Assembly: GCA_013239625.1 (NCBI GenBank)
Contig: MU054338.1
Span: 4,427,371-4,491,370, forward strand
Direction of reading: 5' to 3'
DNA length: 64,000 nucleotides
Source of the DNA: Lama guanicoe
Lineage: Eukaryota
Made by a program: the position numbers and the translations under genes. This document shows, piece after piece, positions 1-12,600 of this stretch; the stretch's first letter is position 1, and each line of letters begins with the position of its first letter. A model generated the notes under the pieces. The model did no database searches. It was given only the letters and a program-made list of their open reading frames with translations, and was not told the origin of the DNA.

Positions 1-399
1 AGGAAGTTGACTGAACTGACGGTTATGATCGGGGTGGCAGGCGGGCTCAGAAACGGACAGTCACCGCCCGAACGATGGTCAGACAGGTGGCTGGACAGAG
101 GGATGGACAATCATACTTGGAACAATGGAGGGAAGGTCAGACGGATGGACAGTGAGACCATCAGCCAAGTGGACAGTCACAGCTGGACCAACAGTCAGAC
201 TGAAAGGTGGGCCATCACAGCCAGACAAAAGGACCAGAGGGACAGCTGGCCACCATGATAAAAATGGATAGACACGTGGATAGCCAACTTGAGCGCCCAG
301 CCCAGGGTCTGCAGAGGTTTGCGGAATGGCCTGCAGAGATGTTTCCTGGCCCTGGAGACCCCAGCCCAGCCCCTCCTGCTCCCGGCCCAGGGCTCTCAC

Positions 400-3300
400 A
401 CTGTGGAAGAGGAGGGAGATGCTCTTGGTGAAAGCTAGGGCCGCCATGAGCCAGTGGATCTTGAAGACGTTGTACCTGGTGACGGTTGGGGACAGAGGGA
501 GTGGTAGGGCATCGGTTAGGGTGTGATGAGGGAGGGGGGACCCCCAGGGGCAGGGGCATTACGTGTTCTTGCAGAGGACGGACACCCAGAAGATGCCGGC
601 AGCCAGGAAGCAGGCGGACATGATCATGTAGAGCTTGAAGAGGGGGATTTCCGCCGCCGACAGGAAGCCCTCGGGGTTCTTCTCCCGGATCATTACCTGG
701 GTGGGGCGGGCAGTGGTGGTGGGGGGAGGGTTGCACACTAGCTCTGGGCTTGCAGGGCCACGAGTGTGAGTCACCAGCTCTCCCACTCTCTGGCCGGCCG
801 ACTCCCCGTTTCTCAGCCTCAGTCTTCCTGTCTTCCAAATGCGCATGGTGTACTGGCCCGGCATCAGCGCTCCGTGAGCCCGCTGCCCGCCCCTGCTCTC
901 ACCGTGATGTCGAACGGCTGCTCCCGTCCGGGCACGGAGTTGTAGCAGTTGTGGAAGTTGAGGTTGTACTGGCCTTCCTCGGCCCTGGAGCCGATCACCA
1001 CGTGGAACTGGGGAGGGGGTGCGGACAGAGGGGAGAGGAGGCTTCAGCTTGGAGTCTCCACTCCGGGGAGGGGTGGAGCTGCAGGCACTCGTGGACACTC
1101 ACACTGAAGTTGTAGGAGTTATTGAGATGGCCCAGGCCCAACACCAGCTCCTGGTCTTTCCTACTGACGCCCTGGGGGGCAGAGGGGGACAGAACATCTC
1201 CATCACCATCAGCTGCTCCCAGGGGGTCGGCTTTCCTCCCTCCCGCCCTGGCTTCCCCAAACCTGTTGGTCTCCTTGTGACACTGTGGGTTTCGACTTGG
1301 CCTTGTTGGGGGCAGTGGTGGTCCCTGTGGGGGACAGGTGGATGAGTTTAGAGGACAGACGGCAGACGGATTGGGGGGCGGAGCATGGAGCAGCCACGGC
1401 CCCCCCACCCCGCTAACTGGACTCACCGCTGTCCACCTTGGGGGTGACCGCGTGCTCTGACTTCGGGAGCCCCAGTTCGGAGGGCTCTTCGGGGAGGAGC
1501 CCAGGAGAGATGAAGAGCTTCTTCTGCTCCCCATACTTTCGCACCTGGACTCTGGGGAGGGGGAGGCCGGGGGCCTGAAGGCTGGGCTCAGGCAACACCA
1601 GCTGTGCCCAGGGACTCAGTGGCTCCTCTGGGTCTCCTCTCTGGGGGCCAGCGGTGGCCCAATCGGTGGTCACCAAGCTTCAGCATTTGGCCACCACCCA
1701 TCAGATGGCTGCCATGTCCCTATGCTGATCACACCAGCGATTATTTGTTGTTTCCTGTGATTTTGTCACTCATTCACTGAAGTCCATTATTTAAAAAGAA
1801 AATGCTGTATTTACAAAAAGGCCGGTTATACAGAGAGGCATCAGGGTATCACTGGACCCTGGTGTCAGGCTGTTTGGCTTCAAATCCCAGCTTTTGGGCC
1901 TCAGTTTTTTCATCTTTAGAATGGGGATAACAATGGTACAAGGAATCAATGAGTTAACACCTGCAAAGCTCGCAGGACACTGCCTGGTGCATAGGGAGCA
2001 GGCAACAAGTATGAATGACTCTTCTTAATTCTCACAACACCCCTCTGGGGCGGACTTCTGCCCTGAGACGCCAATACTCCCCGGACACCCCTCCCTTCTC
2101 TCTGTCCCATAATCAGAAGGCTTGAAGGCAAAATTAAAAAGCCGGCGGCTTTCTTCCCAAGGGAGTCAAGATTCTCTCTGGCTGGCTTCATTCCTGAACA
2201 GCTCATGTGGGTATCACAACTAGGGAAACACAAATGATGGCTCTTTAGGGGACCCACTGCCCCCCCCACCCCAACTCACTGCAGATCCCTGGTGTTGATG
2301 AGGAAGAGGACCAGGGAGCTGCTACTGTTCTTCCGGAGAGGACAGTCGTGGGAGTCCTGGCTCTGGAGAGTGCGCAGCAGGGACGCTTGGTTACCCACTC
2401 CCACTGGCCCAGCCTCACCCTGCCTCCCTCCCTCCCCATCCACTGGGACAAGGGTCTCTTCCTGCTCCCTCCTCTGGGAAAGAACAGGGGCCTCTGGCTT
2501 CCAGAGGACAGACAGCCCTCCCCTCCCACTGCCCCAGTTTCTCCTCCCCCCCCCCCAGACCCCCCCCACCCCATAGGAGCGAATGCTGCCAGATCGAACG
2601 CGGGTCAGACTGAACCCCACCTGGCAGGTGGAAAGAAGAGGGGACAATGAGAGGGACACTAGCAGGGGCCTCCAAGCCACCTTTTTCAGTGGCAATAGAT
2701 CCATAACCTCAACTTTCCTGGATACCTACTACATTCGAATCGGGTACTCACTGACTGACTTTTCCAACAACCCGTCAGCACCCCCAACCCTCTTCCTTTA
2801 ACTGCTAACCATCTGTGCCTCTCGACTGGGATGTCACTTCCCCAGGGAGACCCTTGCTGGTCCTCTGGACCTGGCCCATCCTGATCCCCCCATCCCATTT
2901 AAAATGCTGATGTGAAAAATAAATTAAATAGAATGTTCATGGCTTCCTGCTTTGGGCTCTGAAATCCAGCACACTTGGATCTACACCCAGGTTCTGGGAC
3001 TCTGAGCAATTCACATACCTCAGAGTCTGTGTAAACACCTGTAAAATTGGGTTTACAGGTGTAACATTTTCACAGCATCCCTGAGAGGTGCCTGTGATGG
3101 ATCAGACCCGTGGAAATTGATCTGCATGGTACCTGGTACACGGTACCCAGGGGCCGTTCAGTAAATACTACCTACTCATTTTAACTGTAGGAACTGGGGC
3201 TGTCCTGTTCACTGGTATGCTCCCTTCCCCGCCCCCAGCTCAGTGCCTAGCACATATTGCATAATTTTATTATTCCCATGTTACACATGAGGAAACAGAG

Positions 3301-4415
3301 GCTCAGAGAGGCCAAGGGATTTGCCCAAGATCACATGCGTGAGCGTCAGAGCTAGAATGTGAATCCAGAACCAGATGCGGCAATGAGGAGGGTAGTTCAG
3401 GAACTTGTGCACCTCTCCCTCTTCCAGCAAACTCCTCAAAGCTCCTCACCAGCGGGGCTTTCTCTTCTGTCTCCGGGAGGCCCAGCCGCAGGAGGCTCAG
3501 GTCCACCTCCAGGGAGCCGTTGGTGTAGAAGCCGAAACTGTTCAGCGGAATGTCTGCTCGCTTCTCCCCCTGCCGGAGGAGGAGGCAGAGGCAGTTCAGA
3601 CTTCCCACCAGCCCAGCCCCAGGGCTCTGGTACAAGGTTCCCCCAAGGGCCTTGGTCCCCTCCTGGTATCCCTATATTTAGGACAGGTCCAAAGGGTGAC
3701 AGAAGAGGCAGAGAAGGCCACCCCGGAGGCTGTGACCCCAGACCAATCCCAGGCAGGGACAGGGTGGCTCTGGATTCTCTGGCCACTGTTCGGAGAGTCC
3801 AGGAAGAGAAAACCTGGGACACCTGTAAGTCCCCTGAGTGAGCACCACGTGGAGAGCTGAGTTAGGCATCGTGGTATGCCTAGCCCTCATCTCCCGGAAA
3901 ATTTTTAGATTCCAACTGAACCCCCAAGATCCCAGTGAGTACCTAGAGGACCCCATTCCAGAACCCCGAGGGACTTTCCTGGGCGGCGTCAAGGGTCCCT
4001 AACGCCCCCAAAGCGATCCCAAGAATTTACAGGGCTCGGAGTCTCGGGTCGCAGGAGATGAAGCCCCACCCTCGGTGGGCGGGGCACGACCCTAGCGTGG
4101 CTAGCCAGGCCACTCCAACAGGAGGACTGAGGGGGATTCCTCGGACGAGACCACTCCGGGCTTGGAAGCGGGGTCCCCGGAGCGCTCCATCCCGCGTAAG
4201 GAGCGGGGGAGGGAGGACGAGACCACTCCAAGCCAGGGGCTTCTCCGGGGCAAAGCTGCGCACCCCACCCCAGACCGCCGCGCGGCGGGACTCACTGTCA
4301 GCGTTAGCCGGTGGATGCGCGCAGAGCAGCCGCCCAACAGCAGCAGCAGAAGTAGCCGGTGCCCCCACTCCGCGGGGCTACGGAGGGCGAGCCCCCTCCT
4401 CTCGCTCACTGCCAT
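400..4415 (-). CDS. GPR108: G protein-coupled receptor 108 (LUSTR2, GOST-family 7TM protein); coding exons 1-10, 3' part lies outside the window
   Basis: Exons (minus strand, all GT-AG, in frame): 4296-4415, 3450-3569, 2570-2620, 2280-2362, 1427-1551, 1263-1324, 1103-1171, 903-1007, 563-696, 400-475. Translation MAVSERRGL...LLLLLLLGGCSARIHRLTLT/GEKRADIPLNSFGFYTNGSLEV...FHVVIGSRAEEGQYNLNFHNC...VMIREKNPEGFLSAAEIPLFKLY...YNVFKIHWLMAALAFTKSISLLFHS matches remembered GPR108 (signal peptide, lumenal domain, first TM helices). Confidence 0.96.
3570..3630 (-). ncRNA. Sequence homologous to the human MIR6791 5'-tailed mirtron locus at the 3' end of GPR108 intron 1
   Basis: Minus strand reads CCAGAGCCCTGGGGCTGGGCTGGTGGGAAGTCTGAACTGCCTCTGCCTCCTCCTCCGGCAG and ends at the exon 2 acceptor. 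It resembles the hsa-mir-6791 hairpin as I recall it. Expression in this species is unknown. Confidence 0.4.
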
Positions 4416-4419
4416 CTCT

Positions 4420-4860
4420 GGAGCCACCTCCTCCCCTGACACCGCCTCTGGCGCCTCCAGGCCCGCCTACCGGTGAGCCAATCGCTGCACGGTGGGGGCC
4501 GACCTAACAGCTTTTTCGGCCCGCTCAACCAGTCAGCGCTCTTTTCCTCGCAAGCCCTCCCTATACGACACCAAATGGACAACAGCGGCTCCGAATGGGA
4601 GTGAGGATTTCGCTTAATCCCGCCTCCACTGTCACCAATCATTAGAAAGATTGTCCCGGATATAATCTGATAAACAGCCCATCCAACCAATTGTGGTAGA
4701 TCTAATATCCGGTCCTCGGAGGGGAATTCCTCCACCCACTCGTAACGGACAGACTGGTTCAGAACTACAGTACCCGGAATGCAGTGGGAGCCGATAGCTC
4801 AATGGGGCATTTAATAAACTACATTTCCCAGTATCCCTAAGGACGGACTTCCTCTTTATT
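4420..4860 (-). promoter_or_regulatory. GPR108 CpG-island promoter with multiple CCAAT boxes and two ZNF143/SBS-type motifs
   Basis: CCAAT at about 4478, 4636 and 4688. ACTACAGTACCCGGAATGCA at 4764-4783 and ACTACATTTCCCAGTATCC at 4818-4836. CpG-rich from about 3980 to 4800. Confidence 0.7.
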
Positions 4861-6389
4861 ACCCTGGGGATGTGGCTCCCAGCCAAAGCTCAGGCTTTTG
4901 GTAAACACACGCATTTGCTAAAGCCTGTCCTGTTCTCCTAATCTTTCTGATCCACTGAGAGGCCAAAACCGGCCCCCAAGCTAAACCTTAACCCTAGGAT
5001 GACCTGTGATCTCAGGCTGAATCCCCAGCCTTAGATGGATCCTATCCTGGAGTGAGGCGCAGGAGGCCCACCCCCAGATCCCAGGCTGGTCTTGACTCAG
5101 TCTGAACCCCGGCCCAAGACTGAGCTCCCTACCTACAGCTGAACCCCGACCTGAGCCTGAAACCCAGACTCCCCCATCTCCTTCTACCCTTAACCTATAC
5201 TGACCCTTAATCTCTGGCTGAGCTCCCACTGGGACTGAGTCCTGACCTCAGATTAGGACCGGACCCTGGACCTTAGTTTGAGTCCCAGGCCTTCAACTGG
5301 GTGGCTGACCCCTCTGCTAAGCCTCCGATCTCAGTCAAACCCCATCTAACTGATCCCCTCCTGGGATAAATCCCAATTTCAGTTAGAGCTGAGACCCTAC
5401 CCCCAGGCTGAACTACCGAATCCCAGACCCCGGGCTGAGCTCCTGTCTAATCTGATCCTTCAACCTCTGGAGCACAAGTCTACTCTGCAATTTGAGGTGT
5501 TCTAACTCAGAAGCCACCAGCAGGTGGGGCCAGGTCCCCGCAGAGCCATCGGTCCCAGTGTGGGCTCCTGGAGCTATCTTCCTGGGCTCCCCGGTCTTTG
5601 TACTGGGAGACTGGAGCCTCGGTGCCTAACTTGTCCCCATGGGGCCCGGAACCCCCAGCCCCAGCAGGGCAACTGTCACCTCAGTAGCCAAAGAGAAGCA
5701 CCAAAGGTGGGAGAAGATGAAGGCAGTTGCTGCCGGGATCTCTCCCCTTTCATCCCAGTGCCTCAAAGGGATTAACAAGGTGTGAACAGACTTTTATGAG
5801 GGAGGTGACAGACTTCCAAAACCCCAGGGCTCGAGTGTGGGTGGTGGGGCGGGGGTCGGTGGGGTCGGAGTCGGAATCCCAGGGTCGGTGCAGACAATTA
5901 AACCTGATTTGGCCTTAATGGATGTAACTGGAAAATGGGCAGGTGCAAGAACGAACTGGACGTTCGTTCAGCCGGGGAAAGGCCTGGGCCCGGCGCCCCA
6001 AGGACGGCCTGTCCTCAGTTTCCCAGCGCAGACTTTAGGGAGGGAAGCAGGATGCGGTGGGGGCACTAATGGACCCAGCCTTGGCGGAGGCGCGTCCTGG
6101 GCAGGATCGAAGTCCTCCCATCCGCCCTGTGGCCGGAGGGACCAGACCATTAGTGGGACGAGCGTAGACGTCTGGAGCAGGGCCGGCCCGCAAGAGCCGG
6201 GTGACCTCAGGTTCTCCCTGCGACGGGGTGGGGGAAGGACCTCTTGAGTTGGGATTTTATTGTCTTGGCACTTTAAGGAATAGTTGATAGGAAAGAGGAA
6301 AGGAAAAACAGTCCGGGGCGGAGCAGGAGTGGGTAGGACAAGAAGGTCTCAGGGGATTTGGAAAATGGGTGGGGGTCCTTTAAGGAGTC

Positions 6390-6657
6390 TGTCCAGCGGC
6401 GTCGGGTGGCGACGTTTCTTTAAGAGGGGGTGGGGCGTCCGTTGAGCCCCGCCTCTTTGGGGGCCCCACCTTCAGGGGGCTGTGCAGTGACTCCGCGCGG
6501 GCGGGGGCGTGGCAGAGTCTATGGGGCGTGACTAGTCTGGAGTGGGCGGGGCCTGAGCGGGGCGGGGCCCGGCTCACCGCCCTGGGCTGAGTCTCCCCTC
6601 GGAGGGCGGCGGGCGGCGGGGACCGGGTGCGGCGACGTCTGCATCGGCGGGAGCAGC
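6390..6657 (+). promoter_or_regulatory. TRIP10 CpG-island promoter and 5' UTR with GC boxes
   Basis: Several GGGCGG/GGGGCG boxes (about 6430-6570) lie immediately upstream of the ATG exon. CpG density stays high into intron 1. Confidence 0.7.
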
Positions 6658-9600
6658 ATGGATTGGGGCACCGAACTGTGGGTGAGTCCGATTGGCCTGG
6701 CTCCAACTTTTTCTCTTCCTGGAGTCTAGACCCCCACTTTGCCCCTGCAGTACCCCAGCGGGGGCTCTTCTCTTTCTCTTCCACCGATCCCCGGAATCCC
6801 CGCTCTCCGCCCCCATTCGGAGTTTCCCAGGGCGTTTCGGGACGCCTGGGAGCGGAGGGCGACCTTGCAGGAGTGGAGTAGGGAAACTGAGGTAAGGGGT
6901 TCAGAGTGAGGAGGGCAGAAGAAGCCCTGGAATCAGGCCGGGGCGGCCGGGAGAGGTCACCTATTTTGAGCACCCTGGCTGGGCCGGCGGCTTATCTTAC
7001 GGCCCCTGGGTCCCTGCCCGCCGTCCGCCTGTCCGGCTGGGGCGGGGGAGGGGACCCTCTGGCTACTTTCAAACCCACGTGGGACCTGGAAGTCCTGACC
7101 TCCCTTTCGTCGCCTCTAATCAACAATTAGGGGCTTGGGGACGCTGTAGGGGGGAGGGGGCTGCGGGGCTCTGCCTCAGCCCCCTCCCGCCATCCGCCCC
7201 AGGCCCTGGGAGGGGCCGCCACCAGGCCGCCTTTAACCTCTGCTGTGGAAGCCCCAGGAATTCACCTATCCAAACCGGGACCTCTAATTCCTCCTCTTTC
7301 TGGGGGGGCGGTGACACTCCTGGGTTCCTGGGTGCCCCGGGGTAACTAGATCGCCCCCCACCCCAACTCTGGGATTTCTTTTGGAGGTGCAGTGGAGTCA
7401 ATGAGCGGATCTGAATGCCCCCTCAGGGGATCCAGGGAAGCATGGCGACCAGGGGAACCTGGTGCCTGCCCTCTGGCCATTCTGGGGCTCCCCAAGCTTC
7501 GGGGAACCCTGCCCCTCTGGCCCTGACTCACGCCGGGCCGGCCGGATTTTCCGGAATCTGGGGGGGATTAGGGGAGCCGAGGCAGGGGGTGTGGCCTTGC
7601 CCCATTCCACACCCCTCTTGGCCGTCGGGAGAGGGGACCCTGTAGTCCGGCTGGGGCCCCGCCCCTGTTCCCTGGTCCTTCCCGGGAAGGGGAGGGGGTT
7701 CCCGCCGGTTTCCTGCCTCCCCCCGCGCCGCTCCGGGGCGGGGCCGGGAAGCCACTCCTTCTTGGAGCTCGGAGCCTTGAGGCTCCCCTGCGCCTGGTCG
7801 GCGGGCTGTGGGGTCCCAGGATCTTGACCCCAGTCCTCTCAATCCCCCGCTAGGATCAGTTTGAGGTGCTTGAGCGGCACACGCAATGGGGGCTGGACCT
7901 GTTGGACAGATACGTGAAGTTCGTGAAAGAGCGGACAGAGGTGGAGCAGGCTTATGCAAAGCAGTTGCGGTGAGACCCTAGGGTGGACGCGCCCTTGGGT
8001 TAGGGGGAGCGGTTGGAGGGCTGGGGGCTCAGCCTTCCTGCCTCTCTCCGTAGGAGCCTGGTGAAAAAATATCTGCCCAAGAGACCTACCAAAGATGACC
8101 CTGAATCCAAGTAAGAATGAAGGGGCTGCAGGGCTAGATTTGGGAGGGTAGAGGGTGTTGGACCCACTTCCTCTCCCTCAAGCTGGACCACCCAAACCCA
8201 AACCGGTCCCCCACCTCTCACCTCAAGTCCACCTAGAAGTCTGAGCTTGGATGCAGGAACCGTATTACTTGGGCTGGAGCTTTAAATCCACTACTTTCTA
8301 GCCGGACTGCTTTATCCAGTTTACTCAAGCTCTCCGCCTCCATTTTCCTCCCCTATTAAATGGGAGAGGCTCCAGCAGTTACTCAATGAGTGACTCTGGG
8401 CAAGTGAAGGAGTTTTTGGGCCTCTGTTTTCCTCACCTGTGAATCAGGAATGATGATGATGATGATGACGGCCTTGTAGGGGCTCATGTGAAGCATAAGA
8501 TGATGTGTTAAAACAATGCCCAGCCCATTTCACTTTATTCTAGGTCCCCGGTTCCAGCATTCAAAAAGCTCTAGAAATTAAGTTTTTCTGGTAACTTGTT
8601 TGGAGGCCCGAACTGACTTGATGTTAATGAATTACAGTTACAGTCTTGCTTTTTTATCCTACTGAGCGTGAATGTCAATACTTCCCACTGCAAAAATACT
8701 TAAGAGTGTTTGGTTACAAAATGCTGCCGCTGACACCACTAGGGTGATGCATAAAAGATGGTATAAGCATCTTATTCGCTTTTTAAAACCCCCAAAATTC
8801 TGAGTTCTGTGTCTCACTCAAAGGTTGGGAATCAGGAGTGCGGACCAGAATGTATCATTGCTTCTGGGGTCAATGTCTTGGGGCTTACCCTTTCTCAAAT
8901 GGAGGTGGGTCCTGGGGCATCTGGCTCTAGGGACCCTGACCCTCAGCCCGTGCGTCCTCCACTCCCCCCACCCCAAAGGTTCAGCCAACAACAGTCCTTC
9001 GTGCAGATTCTCCAGGAGGTGAATGATTTTGCTGGTCAGCGGGAGCTGGTGGCTGAGAACCTTAGTGTCCGTGTGTGTCTCGAGCTGGCCAAGTACTCAC
9101 AGGAGATGAAGCAGGAGAGAAAGATGGTGGGTGATCCCCTCCCTGGGACTTCCCAAGGGCCCCTGCAACTGGGGTGAACCTTATCTGTCCTCTTTCCACA
9201 GCACTTCCAAGAAGGCCGTCGGGCCCAGCAGCAGCTGGAAAGTGGCTTCAAACAGCTGGAGAATGTGAGTTTGTGGGTGTGGAGAAGGGTGGCTCTGGTC
9301 CTGAGGAGCGGGCTGAGGGTTGCTGATCCACTGAGATACCCTCTTTGTCTGGCCCAGACCCCTCCTCCTCTGTGGGTTTCCAGCCTGCCTGTTGCCCCCA
9401 CCCCCGCTTGCTGGGTGATGTCCCATCGGTCCCTGAAACCTTGGCTGGCGGCTCTTTCATGCTGGTTCTGTCCCCAACACAGAGTAAGCGGAAATTTGAG
9501 CGGGACTGCCGGGAGGCCGAGAAGGCAGCCCAGACCGCCGAGCGGCTGGACCAGGATATCAACGCCACCAAGGCTGACGTGGAGAAGGTGCTGATGGGGT

Positions 9601-12600
9601 CTGAGACAGGCTTGGGGGTCAGGGTTGGGCGGGGCCAAGACCTGGCGGTGACCCCGCCTCCATACCCCTCAGGCCAAGCAGCAAGCCCACCTTCGGAGTC
9701 ACATGGCGGAAGAAAGCAAAAACGAGTACGCGGCCCAGCTGCAGCGGTTCAACCGAGACCAGGCTCACTTCTACTTCTCCCAGATGCCCCAGATATTTGA
9801 TGTGAGTGCTTCAAACCTCCAGCCTGACGACACACAGTCAACGAACTCCTACACATTTGTTAAAAACCCCAGCTATAATGCCCTCATCTCTGAATTGAAA
9901 GGAAATTAGAAACAAATAGTCGTGGCGAGCTCTACTTTTACTCAAGCTGTCCTTTTTGCCAGAGGGGTCTTTCTTTTCTTTTGAAACTCCTGTCCTCTCT
10001 TCCAGACCTCAGCTCTAACAACGCCTCTTCAAAGGTCTTGAATTTCCCCTCTTCTGTTTCTGTCCCAAGCCTGGGACTGGCAGTATCTGTGTGGGGTCTG
10101 CTTTTTATTCCAATCCCTGACTCCATTTTCACCTCCTTTAAGAAGCCTCCCTGGGCTAAAAGGGGAGGTCCTCAAAGTCCCCCCTGAAATGGCCCTGTGT
10201 GACATTGACCCAGAAATCTCTGTTTTCCCTGCTAGCCTGGGCTTGGGGCTGGGGCTGGGGGCCAGAGTGGATCTCCATCATGCTTGTGGAGTGAATCACT
10301 CTGCCACCGCACCTCCATCAGCACCCCTGAGAACTCCCCCACCCCTGTCCCTATAGAAGCTTCAGGACATGGATGAGCGCCGGGCCACCCACCTGGGGGC
10401 TGGGTACGGGCTCCTGTCAGAGGCTGAGCTGCAGGTGGTGCCCATCATTGCCAAGTGTTTGGAGGGCATGAAGGTAGCTGCAGACGCTGTGGATGCCAAG
10501 AACGTAGGTGCCTGGTCCCGGGCAAGTGGACCGCTTGGTGGGCAGAAGGAGGAGGAGCTGGAAGGCTGGACACCCAGTCTTGCCCCTGACTGCCCTCTCC
10601 CACCCACTCCCACAGGACTCCCAGGTCCTCATTGAACTGCACAAATCTGGCTTTGCCCGCCCGGGCGACGTGGAATTTGAAGACTTCAGCCAGCCCATGA
10701 ACCGAGCGCCCTCAGATAGCAGCCTGGGCACCCCCTCAGATGGACGGCCCGAGCTCCGAGGCCCGGGCCGCAGCCGTGCTAAGCGCTGGCCCTTCGGCAA
10801 GAAGAACAAGGTGGGGGCCGGGGCCCTTGGGGTGGAGGGGATAAATGTGAGAGGGGACAGCAGGGGCCCCCACTGAGTCAGCCCCAGCTGCCGGAACGCT
10901 GAGTCCCGGGCAGGAATTTTCCTCTTGGCTGCTGGCCCGGGCTGGAGGGAAGGAAGGCGGCCGGGCGATTGGCCTGGGAGTCCCCCGAGGCTGAGGGGCG
11001 GGTGGCGAGGAGGGGGGCCTGTGGCGTCTGTCTGCTGCTTCTCAGGATGCTGGGCGAAGGCCTGCCTGTGGGATTCAGGGCTGGGTGAGGGCTTGGGGCA
11101 CCAGTCCCAGGGCCTGCCCTGAGTCTCTCCAATCCTCCGATGGGTCTCTGGGCTCCCCAACCTCAGGCTGTTTTTTCCTGGGATTTTTGGCTTTCAACGT
11201 CAGGCACATACCTGAACACCCCTGGCTTATACCTTTGAACTACTCTCCTCCCCACTTCGTTTATACCTTTGACTCCTGTTTTATACTTTTGATCCCTCGT
11301 GACATATACTTTGATACCTCTTTTCAGTTTATAGATGAAATCCCCCAGCTTAAACCCCAGCTGTGACCCTTCTGGTATTTCATGCCTTTGACTCTTCTCT
11401 GAGCTTGTCCTTGACCTTGATGGCCCCATATTTGTCTGAGACCTTGACTCCTGCATGCCTCTCCCTCCACCTTCTAGACTGTGAGTCCAGAAAGCCAGGG
11501 GGGAGCAGAAACATGGGCCTCCCTGCGCCCCCAAGCCCCCTGTTCTAAGTACCAGGTATAGGATGCAAGGGACGTGGGAGATCCGTGGGGAGGGACGGGT
11601 CTGGACTTCTGGCTCACAATCTAATGCCCTCCTGCCACCACCCAGATTTTTGTGTTGCTCTTTGCATGTATTTTCTGTGTGTGATTGTGCATCTTGAGTT
11701 GTGGTTTTCTTACTTTTTTTTTTTTTTTTTTTTTTTTCCTNNNNNNNNNNNNNNNNNNNNNNNNNNNNNNNNNNNNNNNNNNNNNNNNNNNNNNNNNNNN
11801 NNNNNNNNNNNNNNNNNNNNNNNNNNNNNNNNNNNNNCCGCGCCCCCCACCCCTCTCCCCCCTGGGGGGCCCCCTGCCATCAACATTACCTAATGGACCC
11901 CCGTCCCCCCGCTCCGGCCTCGACCCCTTGGCCATACTGAGTGAGATCAGTAAGTCGGTCAAACCCCGGCTAGCATCCTTCCGCAGCCTTCGAGGCAGCC
12001 GTGGGGTAAGTGAGGCCTCTGGGGGGGAGGAGGGGGCGGCCCCAGCCCGCCCAGCCGCCGGGAGGCGGGACCCTGGGCTCGCTTCCTGCCGCTGGCTGGG
12101 CCCCCTCCTCCCATTGCCACACCTGGACCTGCTTTGCTCTGTGCATGGCCTTGCCCCCCAAGAACCTTGGGTGGGAAGGAAGGTGGACTTGGAGTGTCTT
12201 AGGAGTGTCTTAGAGCCTGGAAGCTCAGACTCTGTGATCCCAAACTCAGTCCTCTTCCACCTTGCAGACAGTGGTGACTGAGGATTTCAGCCACTTGCCC
12301 CCAGAGCAGCAGAGAAAGCGGCTTCAGCAGCAGCTGGAAGAACGGAACCGTGAGCTACAGAAGGAAGTCGACCAGAGGTAAGGTGAGGTGGTGGGCAGGT
12401 CAGGAACAAACCAAAAATTACAAATGAATTATGTTGAAATGGTCCTCGAAGATCTCCCCAGTAAGCCCTAGGCCCTAATGGGTTTATAGGTGATTCCTAC
12501 CCCACTTAGGAGAAATAGTTATGTCCCATCTTACACGAGTCATTCCAGCAAACAGAAAAAGAGTGAGAGCTGCTATCCTGTTTAGGAGGCAGATGGAATC

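Noticed and set aside
1..330. Recurrent GGACAG/GACAG words and short ORFs
   Set aside because: Low-complexity sequence in GPR108 intron 10. I found no further GPR108 exon here.
9036..11160. Long antisense ORFs (200 and 247 aa) over TRIP10, and similar ones over VAV1 exon 1 and GPR108
   Set aside because: They are expected by-products of high GC content and shadows of coding exons, with no recognisable protein features.
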